NCBI GenBank assembly: GCA_964535065.1
Contig: CAZHRY010000005.1
Coordinates: 1-51,152 of the forward strand
DNA length: 51,152 nt
Reading direction: 5' to 3'
From: an uncultured Actinomycetes bacterium
GTDB lineage: Bacteria > Actinomycetota > UBA4738 > HRBIN12
The notes below the pieces were generated by a model, which made no database searches, had not been told where the DNA came from, and was given only the letters and a program-made list of their open reading frames with translations. Position numbers and translations under genes: made by a program. Below are positions 34,535 through 42,776 of this stretch, piece by piece. How positions within the stretch are numbered: the stretch's first letter is position 1; each line of letters begins with the position of its first letter.

Positions 34535-35753
34535 CGAAGGACACGACCCCTGCGGGAGGACGCAGGCAGTGCTCGCTCCACATGGCGCCGTTGTAGCTAC
34601 CCACCCCGATCAGTGCAACCACGTCGCCCTCGTTCGGGCGGGGCATGGGCTGCTCCTCGGCGAACAGGTCGTCCCCTTCGTTGATGTGACCGCTGACGGT
34701 CACGGAAAGGTCCGGCGGAAGATCCGCTGCCCGGCAGAGCACGACGTCCAGCAAGGCCCCGTACACGAAGTGCTCGCACGCCTGGTTCCATCCGGTGTCC
34801 AGGCCAGCGAACAGCACCCCGTCGCGTTCCTCGACGGTCACGACCTCGGCCAGCAGGACGGCGCACTCCTTGACCAGGAAGTCGCCCGGTTCCGTGGCTA
34901 CCACCACATCGAGGGGACCCAGATGTTTGGCCAGTATCGCCGCCCACCGGTCCACATCGAGCGGCTCGTCGCCGGCTCGCTGGGGAACCCCCAGACCGCC
35001 GCCGGTGTTCACCTCTGCGATGGGATAGCCGGCGTCCATGAGGGTCCGCGTCATGTCCGCCGCCCGCTTCACCGTTTCCTCGAACAGCGGAAGCCCGTCG
35101 TTCAAGTAGCCGTCGCCAACATGGAAGTGCAGCGTGTCGATCGTCAACCGGTGACGGGCGGCGATCTCGATCGCCTGCGGGATCTGTTCGGCGAAGATGC
35201 CGAACTTGGTCGGCTTCTCACCCGTGTACAGGGTCGTGCCACCGCCGGCGAAGGACGCCCCGATGCGCGGGTTCACGCGGATGCCCACTGCGGCGCCCGG
35301 CGCGCGGCGACCCACCCGGTCGAGCTGGGTCAGCAGATCCACGTTCAGATGCACACCCGAGGACAGGATCCGGTCCAGGTCTCGCTCGGACAGGTTCGTG
35401 CCCGTGTAGCTGATCTCGTCGGGGGTCCAGCCATGTCGCAGGGCCCAGTCCACCTCGCCGGGCGAACAGACGTCGAGACCAACCCACGGGGTGTGCGCGC
35501 GCAGGAACCCCAGCAGGTCGGGGTGCCGCTGCGCCTTCAGCGCCAGACGAACCAAGCCTCGCAGGCCGGCGCGCTCCAGCGCTCCGCGGAGCGCGCCGGC
35601 CTGCTCCTCGACACGGACTAGGTCGTGGACGTAGACAGGGGTTCCGTGCTCGCGCGCCACCTGCTCGGCGTCACGCCCGGCGACGCGCAGACGCCCGCCA
35701 CGTACGTCCAAGCCGGGGCGCGACCACCACGGCGATGGCGACGGCTCCGGCAC
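34521..35753 (-). CDS. PLP-dependent Orn/DAP/Arg decarboxylase family 2 protein (LysA-like)
   Basis: ORF 34521..35753(-). TPVYVHDL, ALKAQ (PLP Lys), HFHVGDG, EPGDFLV, and GSYNGAMWSEHCLRP. Confidence 0.8.
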   Translation of the reverse strand: MPEPSPSPWWSRPGLDVRGGRLRVAGRDAEQVAREHGTPVYVHDLVRVEEQAGALRGALERAGLRGLVRLALKAQRHPDLLGFLRAHTPWVGLDVCSPGEVDWALRHGWTPDEISYTGTNLSERDLDRILSSGVHLNVDLLTQLDRVGRRAPGAAVGIRVNPRIGASFAGGGTTLYTGEKPTKFGIFAEQIPQAIEIAARHRLTIDTLHFHVGDGYLNDGLPLFEETVKRAADMTRTLMDAGYPIAEVNTGGGLGVPQRAGDEPLDVDRWAAILAKHLGPLDVVVATEPGDFLVKECAVLLAEVVTVEERDGVLFAGLDTGWNQACEHFVYGALLDVVLCRAADLPPDLSVTVSGHINEGDDLFAEEQPMPRPNEGDVVALIGVGSYNGAMWSEHCLRPPAGVVSFGDRI

Positions 35754-35780
35754 GAGCCGAAGGCCTATGCCCAGCCCTGC

Positions 35781-36269
35781 TCAGCCCGATGACTCGGAGT
35801 CGGAGCCCGACCCGGCGGAGCTGTCTTCGGCAGGTTTCGCGTCCGCCGGACCCGGCACGTACTCGGGCTCGCCCTTCTGCGGGACGTCCCTCAGCGCCAG
35901 GATCCCCGCGGCGATGCCGATCACCCCGGCCATCATCGTGACGGACAGCCCCTTCGCGAAGTCGGCCACCGGCGCGATCAGGTCGGTCCGGGTGATGCCC
36001 CAGACGCACGAGAGCGTCAGGACCACCGCGCACAGCGTGAACAGGGCGCTCATCGCCCGCTTGATCTCCTTGTCGGACATCAGGATGTGCGCGCCACCGA
36101 AGACGAACACCCCGATGGACATCGCCAAGGCGAGCGTGCCCGAAGCGTCCGCGGTGCCGTTGTAGACCGCTTCGTTGGACTCCCACCAGTCGGAGTAGAC
36201 ACCGATGATCCCAACCACCCCGGCCACCGCGGCGGCGACCCCCGGGTACGAGATCTTGCCCGAATCCAT
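35781..36269 (-). CDS. hypothetical 4-TM membrane protein with an acidic Ser/Gly tail
   Basis: ORF 35781..36269(-). Four hydrophobic helices. Third-position GC is consistent with coding. I do not recognise a family. Confidence 0.55.
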   Translation of the reverse strand: MDSGKISYPGVAAAVAGVVGIIGVYSDWWESNEAVYNGTADASGTLALAMSIGVFVFGGAHILMSDKEIKRAMSALFTLCAVVLTLSCVWGITRTDLIAPVADFAKGLSVTMMAGVIGIAAGILALRDVPQKGEPEYVPGPADAKPAEDSSAGSGSDSESSG

Positions 36270-36427
36270 ACCGGAACCCCCTTAGATCGTGGGAACCCCA
36301 GAATGGTCCCCCGGCACAATCGCGGATGCAACGACCTTCGCTGGGGCTGAGCTCCCTGAATCCGGACGAGAGAGGCCTCCACCCCTGGCGTGACGCACGT
36401 GTGCGGACCATAGCCGGTACGGGTCGG

Positions 36428-36501
36428 TGGAGGTGATCGGATTTGAACCGACGACCCCTGCCGTGCGAAGGCAGTGCTCTACCGGGCTGAGCTACACCCC
36501 C
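36428..36501 (-). tRNA. tRNA-Ala: tRNA-Ala (anticodon CGC)
   Basis: Reverse complement GGGGGTGTAGCTCAGCCCGGTAGAGCACTGCCTTCGCACGGCAGGGGTCGTCGGTTCAAATCCGATCACCTCCA folds as a cloverleaf. Anticodon loop is TTCGCAC, the G3:U70 Ala identity pair is present, the T-loop is TTCAAAT, and the discriminator is A. CCA is not fully encoded. Confidence 0.92.
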
Positions 36502-36535
36502 AAGAACGGCAAGCGTAGCAGGAGGCGGAACCGGG

Positions 36536-36982
36536 CTAGGGAGCGGGTGGCGGCGGCACCGAGCCGGCCTGCAGCGCCGACACGAGCCTTGCGTACTCGT
36601 CCTTCCAGATGACGTTGCTCACGTTGAACCGAACCAACTCCGAGGCGCCCGGCCGCCCCAGCTTGAAGGACTGCCAGACCTTCGCGTCCGTGACCACGTC
36701 GGCGAGGCGCACGGACCCGAGGGGATCGGCCCATGCCAGGCCGCCCTTCGGGCGTCCCGTCCACATCGAAGCCTTCATGGCGATCACGCGCCGGTCGGTC
36801 ACCACGACGTAGTACCAGCGCGCCCCGAGTAGGAGCATGATCAGGATGCCGACAGCTCCGGCGAGCCATGGACTGGGACCTGTCTGCGACATCACTCCCA
36901 CTACCACCTGCTCGCCCGGTTCGAGCACGCCGGTCATGGCCTCAGCGAACTGCGCCTGGATCGTCTTCTTCCGGACGGCCAT
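36536..36982 (-). CDS. hypothetical protein, possibly a bacterial PH-like (YokE-type) domain with one TM segment
   Basis: ORF 36536..37036(-), trimmed to ATG 36982, which has a strong GAGGAAGGAGG upstream. The pattern LEPGEQVVVGV...YYVVVTDRRVIAMK is typical of bPH-type proteins (from memory). Confidence 0.55.
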   Translation of the reverse strand: MAVRKKTIQAQFAEAMTGVLEPGEQVVVGVMSQTGPSPWLAGAVGILIMLLLGARWYYVVVTDRRVIAMKASMWTGRPKGGLAWADPLGSVRLADVVTDAKVWQSFKLGRPGASELVRFNVSNVIWKDEYARLVSALQAGSVPPPPAP

Positions 36983-36995
36983 CGGACCTCCTTCC

Positions 36996-37628
36996 TCAGG
37001 GTTCTTCGAGCAGCTTCGCGTGACGATCGAGCGCATCGTGCAGGTCCTTCTGCACGAACGCGATCGATAGATCGCCCCTGGTCTTCTCGATGAGCGATCG
37101 CGCCACGTCGGTGGTTCGGCGGAGGTTCATCGTTATGGCGTCGGGATAGTCGATCCCCACGAGCAGCCCGTACATCTCCTCCAGATCGGCCAGAACGCCT
37201 TCCGCCTTGGCGACGTCTCCGGCGCGGAGCAGATCGAGGATGTGGCGGCGGCCCTCTCCGATCGCCTCCGCCATCCCGTTCAGGTACGGGGCGTCGCCGA
37301 CGCCCAGATCCTCGGGCGACGGCAGGTCCTCGCCTGCGACCAGCGCGTAGGTGATGTTCGCCTCGGCGTACTCCTTCTCGGCGTCGAGCAGGTATCCCGC
37401 GAACCGCACGTCCGGGTGATCGGTCACAGCGCCGAGACCCTCCCGGAGCGCGGAGCGAGAGTCGCCGATCAGCCCTTTCGCCCGAGCAAGCTCGCCGCGA
37501 TGGACGGCGCGTATCGCGTTAGCCGAGGCTCGGATCGAGCGGCGCGCGGCGGGCAGGGCCGCCTCCCGAGCGGCGGTCTTGGCGTCGAAGCGATCGTGGA
37601 AGCCCTGAGAGAACCCGTCGAGGTTCAC
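36996..37628 (-). CDS. translin/TRAX family protein
   Basis: ORF 36996..37682(-), start set at GTG 37628, 5 nt after the upstream stop. Collinear translin-family motifs: AEKEYAEANITYALV, PSPEDLGV, PYLNGMAEAIGEGRRHILD, GDVAKAEGVLADLEEMYGLL, and NLRRTTDVARSLIEKTRGDLS. Confidence 0.7.
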   Translation of the reverse strand: MNLDGFSQGFHDRFDAKTAAREAALPAARRSIRASANAIRAVHRGELARAKGLIGDSRSALREGLGAVTDHPDVRFAGYLLDAEKEYAEANITYALVAGEDLPSPEDLGVGDAPYLNGMAEAIGEGRRHILDLLRAGDVAKAEGVLADLEEMYGLLVGIDYPDAITMNLRRTTDVARSLIEKTRGDLSIAFVQKDLHDALDRHAKLLEEP

Positions 37629-37632
37629 GGGA

Positions 37633-38196
37633 TCAGGCGGACGCAGAACGAACCACGACGTGGACGCTGTCGCCCTCTCCAAGGCTGCCCAAGCCGTTGA
37701 AGGTCGGGCGGGCCCATCCCTTCAAGCCGTCTGCGACGTACCTGGCGGGGACCGGGGCGGCGCGCCCGGCCGGAGCGTTGGCGGCGCGCGCGGTGTCGTG
37801 CGGGTGACTCGCGCGATGCTTGATCGTCAGCAGGAGCCAGACGTAGAGGACCAGCAGCATCCCCAGGACGGCGCTGGTCGTCCACATGGCCCGCTGCAGC
37901 GGAGGGACGAGCCCAACGAGGAAGGTGAAGCCGATCGCCTCCAGGAGAGTGACGAACACCTTGCGCCTTCGTTCCCGAAGGCGGGCCTTGTGGCGTTCTT
38001 GGGGGCCGAGGAACTGGACCCCTTTGCGCGGGGTCACTATCCATCTGCCTGTGGTGCCGTGCACCTCTGCGTGAGCCAACAGCTCCATCCTGCGTTCGAA
38101 GTCCTCGACGCTCTGGGTGTCGGACCGCCGGCGGCTCACCGGCACCAAGAACGCGACCCACATGATGCCTAATGCTGCCAGGAGCAGCCAATCCAC
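37633..38196 (-). CDS. hypothetical membrane protein (3 TM helices)
   Basis: ORF 37633..38268(-). GTG 38196 (VDWLLLAALGIMW) has AGGAGG 8 nt upstream, whereas ATG 38268 has no SD. An Arg-rich cytoplasmic loop lies between the TM helices. Confidence 0.6.
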   Translation of the reverse strand: MDWLLLAALGIMWVAFLVPVSRRRSDTQSVEDFERRMELLAHAEVHGTTGRWIVTPRKGVQFLGPQERHKARLRERRRKVFVTLLEAIGFTFLVGLVPPLQRAMWTTSAVLGMLLVLYVWLLLTIKHRASHPHDTARAANAPAGRAAPVPARYVADGLKGWARPTFNGLGSLGEGDSVHVVVRSASA

Positions 38197-38283
38197 GCGT
38201 CCAGCCTCCTGTCCGTCGAGCCCCGGTTTCGACACAACATCTAGGCTGGACCGGGAACGTAGCACCATATATGGGGGTTCTCA

Positions 38284-38315
38284 ATCACATCCGTGTGATC
38301 CGTGAACTTGTTCAC
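38284..38315. promoter_or_regulatory. two adjacent perfect palindromes (ATCACAtccgTGTGAT and GTGAACttGTTCAC) in a divergent promoter region
   Basis: Read directly at 38284-38299 and 38302-38315. They lie in a locally AT-richer stretch 23-54 nt upstream of ATG 38338. Confidence 0.45.
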
Positions 38316-38337
38316 GAGCGGGCCGTAGGATGGCCCG

Positions 38338-38634
38338 ATGGATGACGAGTCGCCCATCCGCCTCGAACACCCCGACTGGCAACCCGGGTCGGCGGACCCC
38401 CAAGCCGTCACGGAGCAGCCGGATCTGGCCTTCGAGCACAAGGCTGAATCGAGGTGGATCGGGGACCCGATGGGCCTGCGGATGGTGGCCGTGACGCTCA
38501 CCCACTTCAAGCGCGGGAAGGCCGGCCGCGCGAAGATCCCATGGCTCGGTATCTCGGTGACGGCGGGCGTGGCGGTCGCCGGGCTGCTGGTGGTCGTCGG
38601 ACTGTTGGCGCTGCTGTTCCCGAACGGGTCCTAG
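38338..38634 (+). CDS. hypothetical tail-anchored small membrane protein
   Basis: ORF 38338..38634(+). High third-position GC. C-terminal TM helix GISVTAGVAVAGLLVVVGLLALLF. Overlaps the moaC stop by 4 nt (CTAG). Confidence 0.45.
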   Translation: MDDESPIRLEHPDWQPGSADPQAVTEQPDLAFEHKAESRWIGDPMGLRMVAVTLTHFKRGKAGRAKIPWLGISVTAGVAVAGLLVVVGLLALLFPNGS

Positions 38635-39104
38635 AAGACCCGGTAGTCACCGGACTTACCGCCGCTCTTGGCAAGCAGCCTGAGACCCTCGATCCTGGCC
38701 GCACGGTCGAACGCCTTCACGGTGTCGTAGAGCGAGAGCGCGGCGACGGCGACGGCCGTGAGCGCCTCCATCTCGACACCGGTACGGTCCAGAGCGCGCA
38801 CGGTCGCCTGCACCCTCACGCGGCCGGAGGCTTCGTCGGGTTCGACCTGGATGTCGGCTCCGGTCACGCGTACCGGATGGCAGTGCGGGAGGAGGTCGGG
38901 GGTCCGCTTGACGCCCATCATCCCGGCGACCTTGGCCGTCTCAAGCGGTGAGCCCTTCTTCGTGCCGCGCACGAGATGGCCCACGCTCTCCGACGTGGAC
39001 ACGAGGACGGCCTCAGCCACCGCTTCGCGCTGCGTCTCCTGCTTCTCGCCCACCTCGACGATGCGGGTGATGCCGTCGGCCCCGGCCTGACCCTCGGATG
39101 CCAC
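38631..39104 (-). CDS. moaC: cyclic pyranopterin monophosphate synthase MoaC
   Basis: ORF 38631..39104(-), GTG start. KGSPLETAKVAGMMGVKRTPDLLPHCHP, TGVEMEALTAVAVAALSLYD, and GGKSGDY. Confidence 0.9.
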   Translation of the reverse strand: MASEGQAGADGITRIVEVGEKQETQREAVAEAVLVSTSESVGHLVRGTKKGSPLETAKVAGMMGVKRTPDLLPHCHPVRVTGADIQVEPDEASGRVRVQATVRALDRTGVEMEALTAVAVAALSLYDTVKAFDRAARIEGLRLLAKSGGKSGDYRVF

Positions 39105-39107
39105 AAC

Positions 39108-40361
39108 TCAGTCCTCCGAGGCCCTGAAGAGCATGACCTTGACGCTATCACCCGCCCGCACGGACCCCGTTCCCGGAGGTATCACCGCCAAGCCGTTGGC
39201 GCGGGAGACCGTGGAGATGAGGTTGGACCCCCGGCCGCCGGTAGCCGCCGCGACCCATCCGTCGGCGCCCCGCTTGACCTCAACGCGCACGAACTGAGTC
39301 TTTCCCGTGCGGGCAGGGATGTCGCCTTCCAGCCGGGCGCTGACCTCGGGTCTTCCCAGCCGGGACCGCCCCATCATCTTGAGAACGGCAGGGCGAACGA
39401 AGACCTCGAAGCTGACGAAAGAGCTGACCGGGTTGCCGGGCAGACCGAAGAACGGCTTGCCCTGAACGAAGCCGAAACCCTGCGGCATACCGGGCTGCAT
39501 CGCCACCTTGTAGAAGGACACGTCGCCCTTGCGGAAGAACGCCGCCTTGACCACGTCGCGCTCTCCGACCGAAACGCCGCCCGACGACACGAAGGCGTCC
39601 GCCTGGATCTCGAAACCCACCACGACCTCCCGTAGGGCATCGGGATCGTCCGCGACGATGCCGGCGAGAACCGGGATGGCTCCGGCCTCTCGCAGTGCAC
39701 CGAACAGCATGTACGCGTTCGAGTCGCGCACCTGCCCGAACGACGGGCTCTCGGTGGGCGGGATCAGCTCATCGCCCGTGGACAGGACGATCACGCGCGG
39801 GCGGGGGTGGACGAGGGGGTGCGGGATACCGGCGTTCGCGAGCAGTCCCAGCTCGGGGGCGCCTAGGCGCCGGCCCTTGGCCACGAGCACGTCGCCCTCC
39901 TTCACGTCCTCGCCGCTGGGACGGATGTGCCTCCCTTGGGCGGCGGCCTCGAACAGACGGACGACGTCGCCGTCTTCTTCGGCGTTCTCGATCGGCACGA
40001 TGCAGTCCGCGCCCGCGGGGATCGGGGCACCGGTGGCGATCTTCACCGCCTCTCCGGTGCCGACGGTCGCCTCGGGACGACGGCCGATCAGAGCCTGACC
40101 GACCACCTTCAGCTCCGCCGGTGAGGACGGCGAGGCACTCGCCACGTCCACGGCCCTGACGGCGAACCCGTCCATCGCGGAGGATGCGAACTCCGGCAGA
40201 TCGACGGTGGAAACCAGATCTGCCGCAACGACGCATCCATAGGCGTCCGTCAGCGGGAGCTCGAGGGGAGGCAGCGGTTCGATCTGCGCGAGGAGACCCT
40301 CGCGCGCCTCCTCGAACGGGACCAGACCCTCGCCGGAATCGTGATCGTGGAGTTGACGCAT
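39108..40361 (-). CDS. moeA: molybdopterin molybdotransferase MoeA
   Basis: ORF 39108..40361(-), 417 aa. SAMDGFAV, the MoCF-biosynthesis domain STGDEL...VSSGGVSVGERD, and PGNPVSS. Confidence 0.9.
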   Translation of the reverse strand: MRQLHDHDSGEGLVPFEEAREGLLAQIEPLPPLELPLTDAYGCVVAADLVSTVDLPEFASSAMDGFAVRAVDVASASPSSPAELKVVGQALIGRRPEATVGTGEAVKIATGAPIPAGADCIVPIENAEEDGDVVRLFEAAAQGRHIRPSGEDVKEGDVLVAKGRRLGAPELGLLANAGIPHPLVHPRPRVIVLSTGDELIPPTESPSFGQVRDSNAYMLFGALREAGAIPVLAGIVADDPDALREVVVGFEIQADAFVSSGGVSVGERDVVKAAFFRKGDVSFYKVAMQPGMPQGFGFVQGKPFFGLPGNPVSSFVSFEVFVRPAVLKMMGRSRLGRPEVSARLEGDIPARTGKTQFVRVEVKRGADGWVAAATGGRGSNLISTVSRANGLAVIPPGTGSVRAGDSVKVMLFRASED

Positions 40362-40396
40362 GCGAGGGCCAGTCTAACCGGAGCCCTCAGGAGAGC

Positions 40397-41275
40397 TCAG
40401 ACCAGCTTGTGGCGCTGGACGAACTCGGCGAGCCAGGGACCGAACTCACGGCCGAGATCCTCGCGCTCGAGCGCAAGCTCGACCATCGCCTTGAGGGCGT
40501 CGAGCGGGTTGCCCACGTCGTAGCGCCCGCCCTCCAACCGGTAGGCGTAGACCACCTGCTCCTGGGCGAGCACATTGATCGCGTCGGTGAGCTGGATCTC
40601 CCCTCCGTGCCCGGGAGGAGTGCGCTTGAGCGCCTCGAAGATCTGCGGCGTGAAAACGTACCGGCCGATCGCGGCCAGCGTGGACGGCGCTTGATCGGCC
40701 GGCGGCTTCTCGACTATCGAGATCACGCGAACGAGAGCGTCCTCGATCGGCTCGGGTTCGATGCATCCGTACATCGAGATGTCGCCGCGGCTCACCTCCA
40801 TCGTGGCGAGCACGCTTCGCCCGTACTTCTCGTGGGCCAAGAGCATCTCCCGAAGGACCGGCTGGGACGGATGGATGAGGTCGTCGCCGAGCAGGACGAC
40901 GAAGGGCTCGTCGCCGACGTGCGAGTGCGCGAGGGACACCGCGTGGCCGAGCCCCAGGGCCTCGTGCTGCCTGACGAAGTGGATCTCTGCCATCTCCGAG
41001 ATCTGGCGGATGGCCTTCAGCTCGTCGAACTTGCCACGCTCCTCGAGGAAGGCCTCGAGCTCCAGCGACCTGTCGAAGTGGTCCTCGACGGTCTGCTGCC
41101 CGCGGCCGGTCACGATGAGTATGTCGTCGAGCCCCGCGCGCACGGCCTCTTCGACGACGAGCTGCAGCGCGGGCACGTCGATCACGGGCAGCATGACCTT
41201 CGGCTGCGCCTTGGTGGCCGGCAGGAACCTGGTGCCGAGCCCCGCGGCGGGAACGACCGCCTTGCGAACCCTCAT
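40397..41275 (-). CDS. galU: UTP--glucose-1-phosphate uridylyltransferase
   Basis: ORF 40397..41275(-). KAVVPAAGLGTRFLPATKAQPKVMLPV, the LGD motif, and VEKP. Confidence 0.9.
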   Translation of the reverse strand: MRVRKAVVPAAGLGTRFLPATKAQPKVMLPVIDVPALQLVVEEAVRAGLDDILIVTGRGQQTVEDHFDRSLELEAFLEERGKFDELKAIRQISEMAEIHFVRQHEALGLGHAVSLAHSHVGDEPFVVLLGDDLIHPSQPVLREMLLAHEKYGRSVLATMEVSRGDISMYGCIEPEPIEDALVRVISIVEKPPADQAPSTLAAIGRYVFTPQIFEALKRTPPGHGGEIQLTDAINVLAQEQVVYAYRLEGGRYDVGNPLDALKAMVELALEREDLGREFGPWLAEFVQRHKLV

Positions 41276-41373
41276 CCCTTCCTCTTCCTCGAGGGGAAGC
41301 AGAGGATACGGGGTCCGGGGCCGGCGCGGTATCGGCCGGGTGGGTTAGCCCTTCTGGGTAGACTTCCCCGGTC

Positions 41374-41727
41374 ATGCCGACCTACGAGTACGCGTGCAGG
41401 GACTGCGGTCACGTGTTCGAGATCGTCCAGTCGATGAAGGACGACGCGCTCACGGTCTGTCCGGAGTGCGGCGGGAGCCTACGCAAGGTCTTCGCCCCGC
41501 CTGCGATCGCTTTCAAGGGCTCCGGGTTCTACGCGACGGATCACGGCAAGAAAGCGAAGGGCGCGGAGAAGGGCGCGGGCTCGGATAAGGGCGCGGGCTC
41601 GGAGAAGGGCGCGGAGAAAGGTGCTGAGAAGCGCCCCGAGGGCGCCAACACCGGCACGGCGGCTCCCAAGGGCGAGAAGGGAAGCGAGAAGAAGGGCGAG
41701 AAGTCGCCGGAGGCGTCCAGGTCGTGA
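41374..41727 (+). CDS. FmdB-family zinc-ribbon protein with a low-complexity Lys/Gly/Glu tail
   Basis: ORF 41374..41727(+). MPTYEYACRDCGHVFE...CPECGG.LRKV. The tail has KGAGS(D/E)KGA repeats encoded by near-identical 15-nt units around 41561-41630. Confidence 0.8.
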   Translation: MPTYEYACRDCGHVFEIVQSMKDDALTVCPECGGSLRKVFAPPAIAFKGSGFYATDHGKKAKGAEKGAGSDKGAGSEKGAEKGAEKRPEGANTGTAAPKGEKGSEKKGEKSPEASRS

Positions 41728-42515
41728 GCACCGCTGAGATCGGGGTGTTCGGGGGTTCGGGGTTCTACGCCTTCCTGGAGGATCCCGAGGAGGTGGAGAT
41801 CGATACTCCGTACGGGAAGCCGGCGGCTCCGGTAACCGTCGGGACCGTGGCCGAGCGGCGTGTGGCGTTCATCCCGCGGCACGGGCGCGACCACGAGTTC
41901 CCGCCGCACAGGGTGCCGTATAGGGCGAACGTCTGGGCGATGAAGGAGCTGGGGGTGACGAGGCTCTTCGGACCGAGCGCCGCGGGATCGTTGCGGCGGG
42001 ACATCCCGCCGAGAACCTTCGTCGTCAGCGACCAAGCCATCGACCTCACGAAGGGACGCGAGTACACGTTCTACGACGGGCCGATCACGACGCACCTGTC
42101 GTTCGCCGACCCGTACTGCCCGGTCATGCGCGCAACCCTGGTGACGCAAGCCCGCGAGCTGGGCATCCAGCATCGCGACGGCGGCACGATGATCGTGATC
42201 GAAGGCCCGCGTTTCTCGACGCGCGCCGAGTCGAAGATGTTCGCGCAGGCCGGTGGCGACGTGATCGGCATGACGCAGTTCCCCGAGGTCACGCTGGCGC
42301 GCGAGCTGGAGCTGTGCTTCGCGAACGTGGCGCTCGTCACCGACTACGACGTGGGCGTGGACGACATCGCCCCCGTCTCGCATGCGGAGGTGTTGAAGGT
42401 GTTCTCGGAGAACATCGAGACGCTGCGCGACCTGCTGTTCGCGGCCATCCCGGCGCTCCCGATGGAGCGTGACTGCCCGTGCGCCACGGCCCTGTCCGGC
42501 TCGGGGCACGACTGA
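41724..42515 (+). CDS. mtnP: S-methyl-5'-thioadenosine phosphorylase
   Basis: ORF 41724..42515(+). The GTG overlaps the fmdB TGA (GTGA). IGVFGGSGFY, FIPRHGRDHEFPPHRVPYRANVWA, GPRFSTRAES, and GMTQFPE. Confidence 0.9.
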   Translation: MSTAEIGVFGGSGFYAFLEDPEEVEIDTPYGKPAAPVTVGTVAERRVAFIPRHGRDHEFPPHRVPYRANVWAMKELGVTRLFGPSAAGSLRRDIPPRTFVVSDQAIDLTKGREYTFYDGPITTHLSFADPYCPVMRATLVTQARELGIQHRDGGTMIVIEGPRFSTRAESKMFAQAGGDVIGMTQFPEVTLARELELCFANVALVTDYDVGVDDIAPVSHAEVLKVFSENIETLRDLLFAAIPALPMERDCPCATALSGSGHD

Positions 42516-42516
42516 G

Positions 42517-42699
42517 ATGGCCCGCGAGCTGGTCCGGGTCGAGCTGGCGTTCGTGACGGACGAGGACGCCCGGTCGCTGGGTGACCGGATACGCGAAGCC
42601 GTCTCCATGATTGTCGGCAGGGAATCCCTCGAGGAGTTCAGGGTCCGGGCCGTGCCGCTGGACCCGAAGAAGAAGGAGCACCTGAGGCCGGTCGAGTAG
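42517..42699 (+). CDS. small hypothetical protein (60 aa)
   Basis: ATG 42517 lies 1 nt after the mtnP stop, within ORF 42469..42699(+). Product MARELVRVELAFVTDEDARSLGDRIREAVSMIVGRESLEEFRVRAVPLDPKKKEHLRPVE has balanced composition. I do not recognise a family. Confidence 0.4.
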   Translation: MARELVRVELAFVTDEDARSLGDRIREAVSMIVGRESLEEFRVRAVPLDPKKKEHLRPVE

Positions 42700-42776
42700 C
42701 GGCATGGCGCCCGAGGTGCTCCCGAGTGTGACGGAAATCACAACGCCCGTCGGGGAAGGCCGATAGGGTCGCAGAC

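Noticed and set aside
34302-35621. 439-aa plus-strand ORF
   Set aside because: It is antisense to the MBL hydrolase and LysA-like decarboxylase frames.
35781-36501. Genomic island integrated at tRNA-Ala
   Set aside because: There is no integrase, no duplicated tRNA 3' end that I could find by eye, and the flanking genes are ordinary metabolic or membrane genes.
36427-36612. 61-aa plus-strand ORF
   Set aside because: It lies on top of the tRNA-Ala gene, on the opposite strand.
38284-38315. Canonical CRP/GlxR box
   Set aside because: The half-sites are present, but arranged as TCACA-N4-TGTGA and GTGAAC-N2-GTTCAC rather than TGTGA-N6-TCACA. They are kept only as generic palindromic operator candidates.
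40184-41437. 417-aa plus-strand ORF (and 40446..41375(-))
   Set aside because: It is antisense or off-frame to galU and moeA, and is R/D/G/L-rich.
41530-41727. Repeat-rich tail of the FmdB-like protein as a separate feature
   Set aside because: It is an in-frame low-complexity Lys/Gly/Glu/Ala tail of a normal gene. Such tails are common on actinobacterial FmdB-type proteins.
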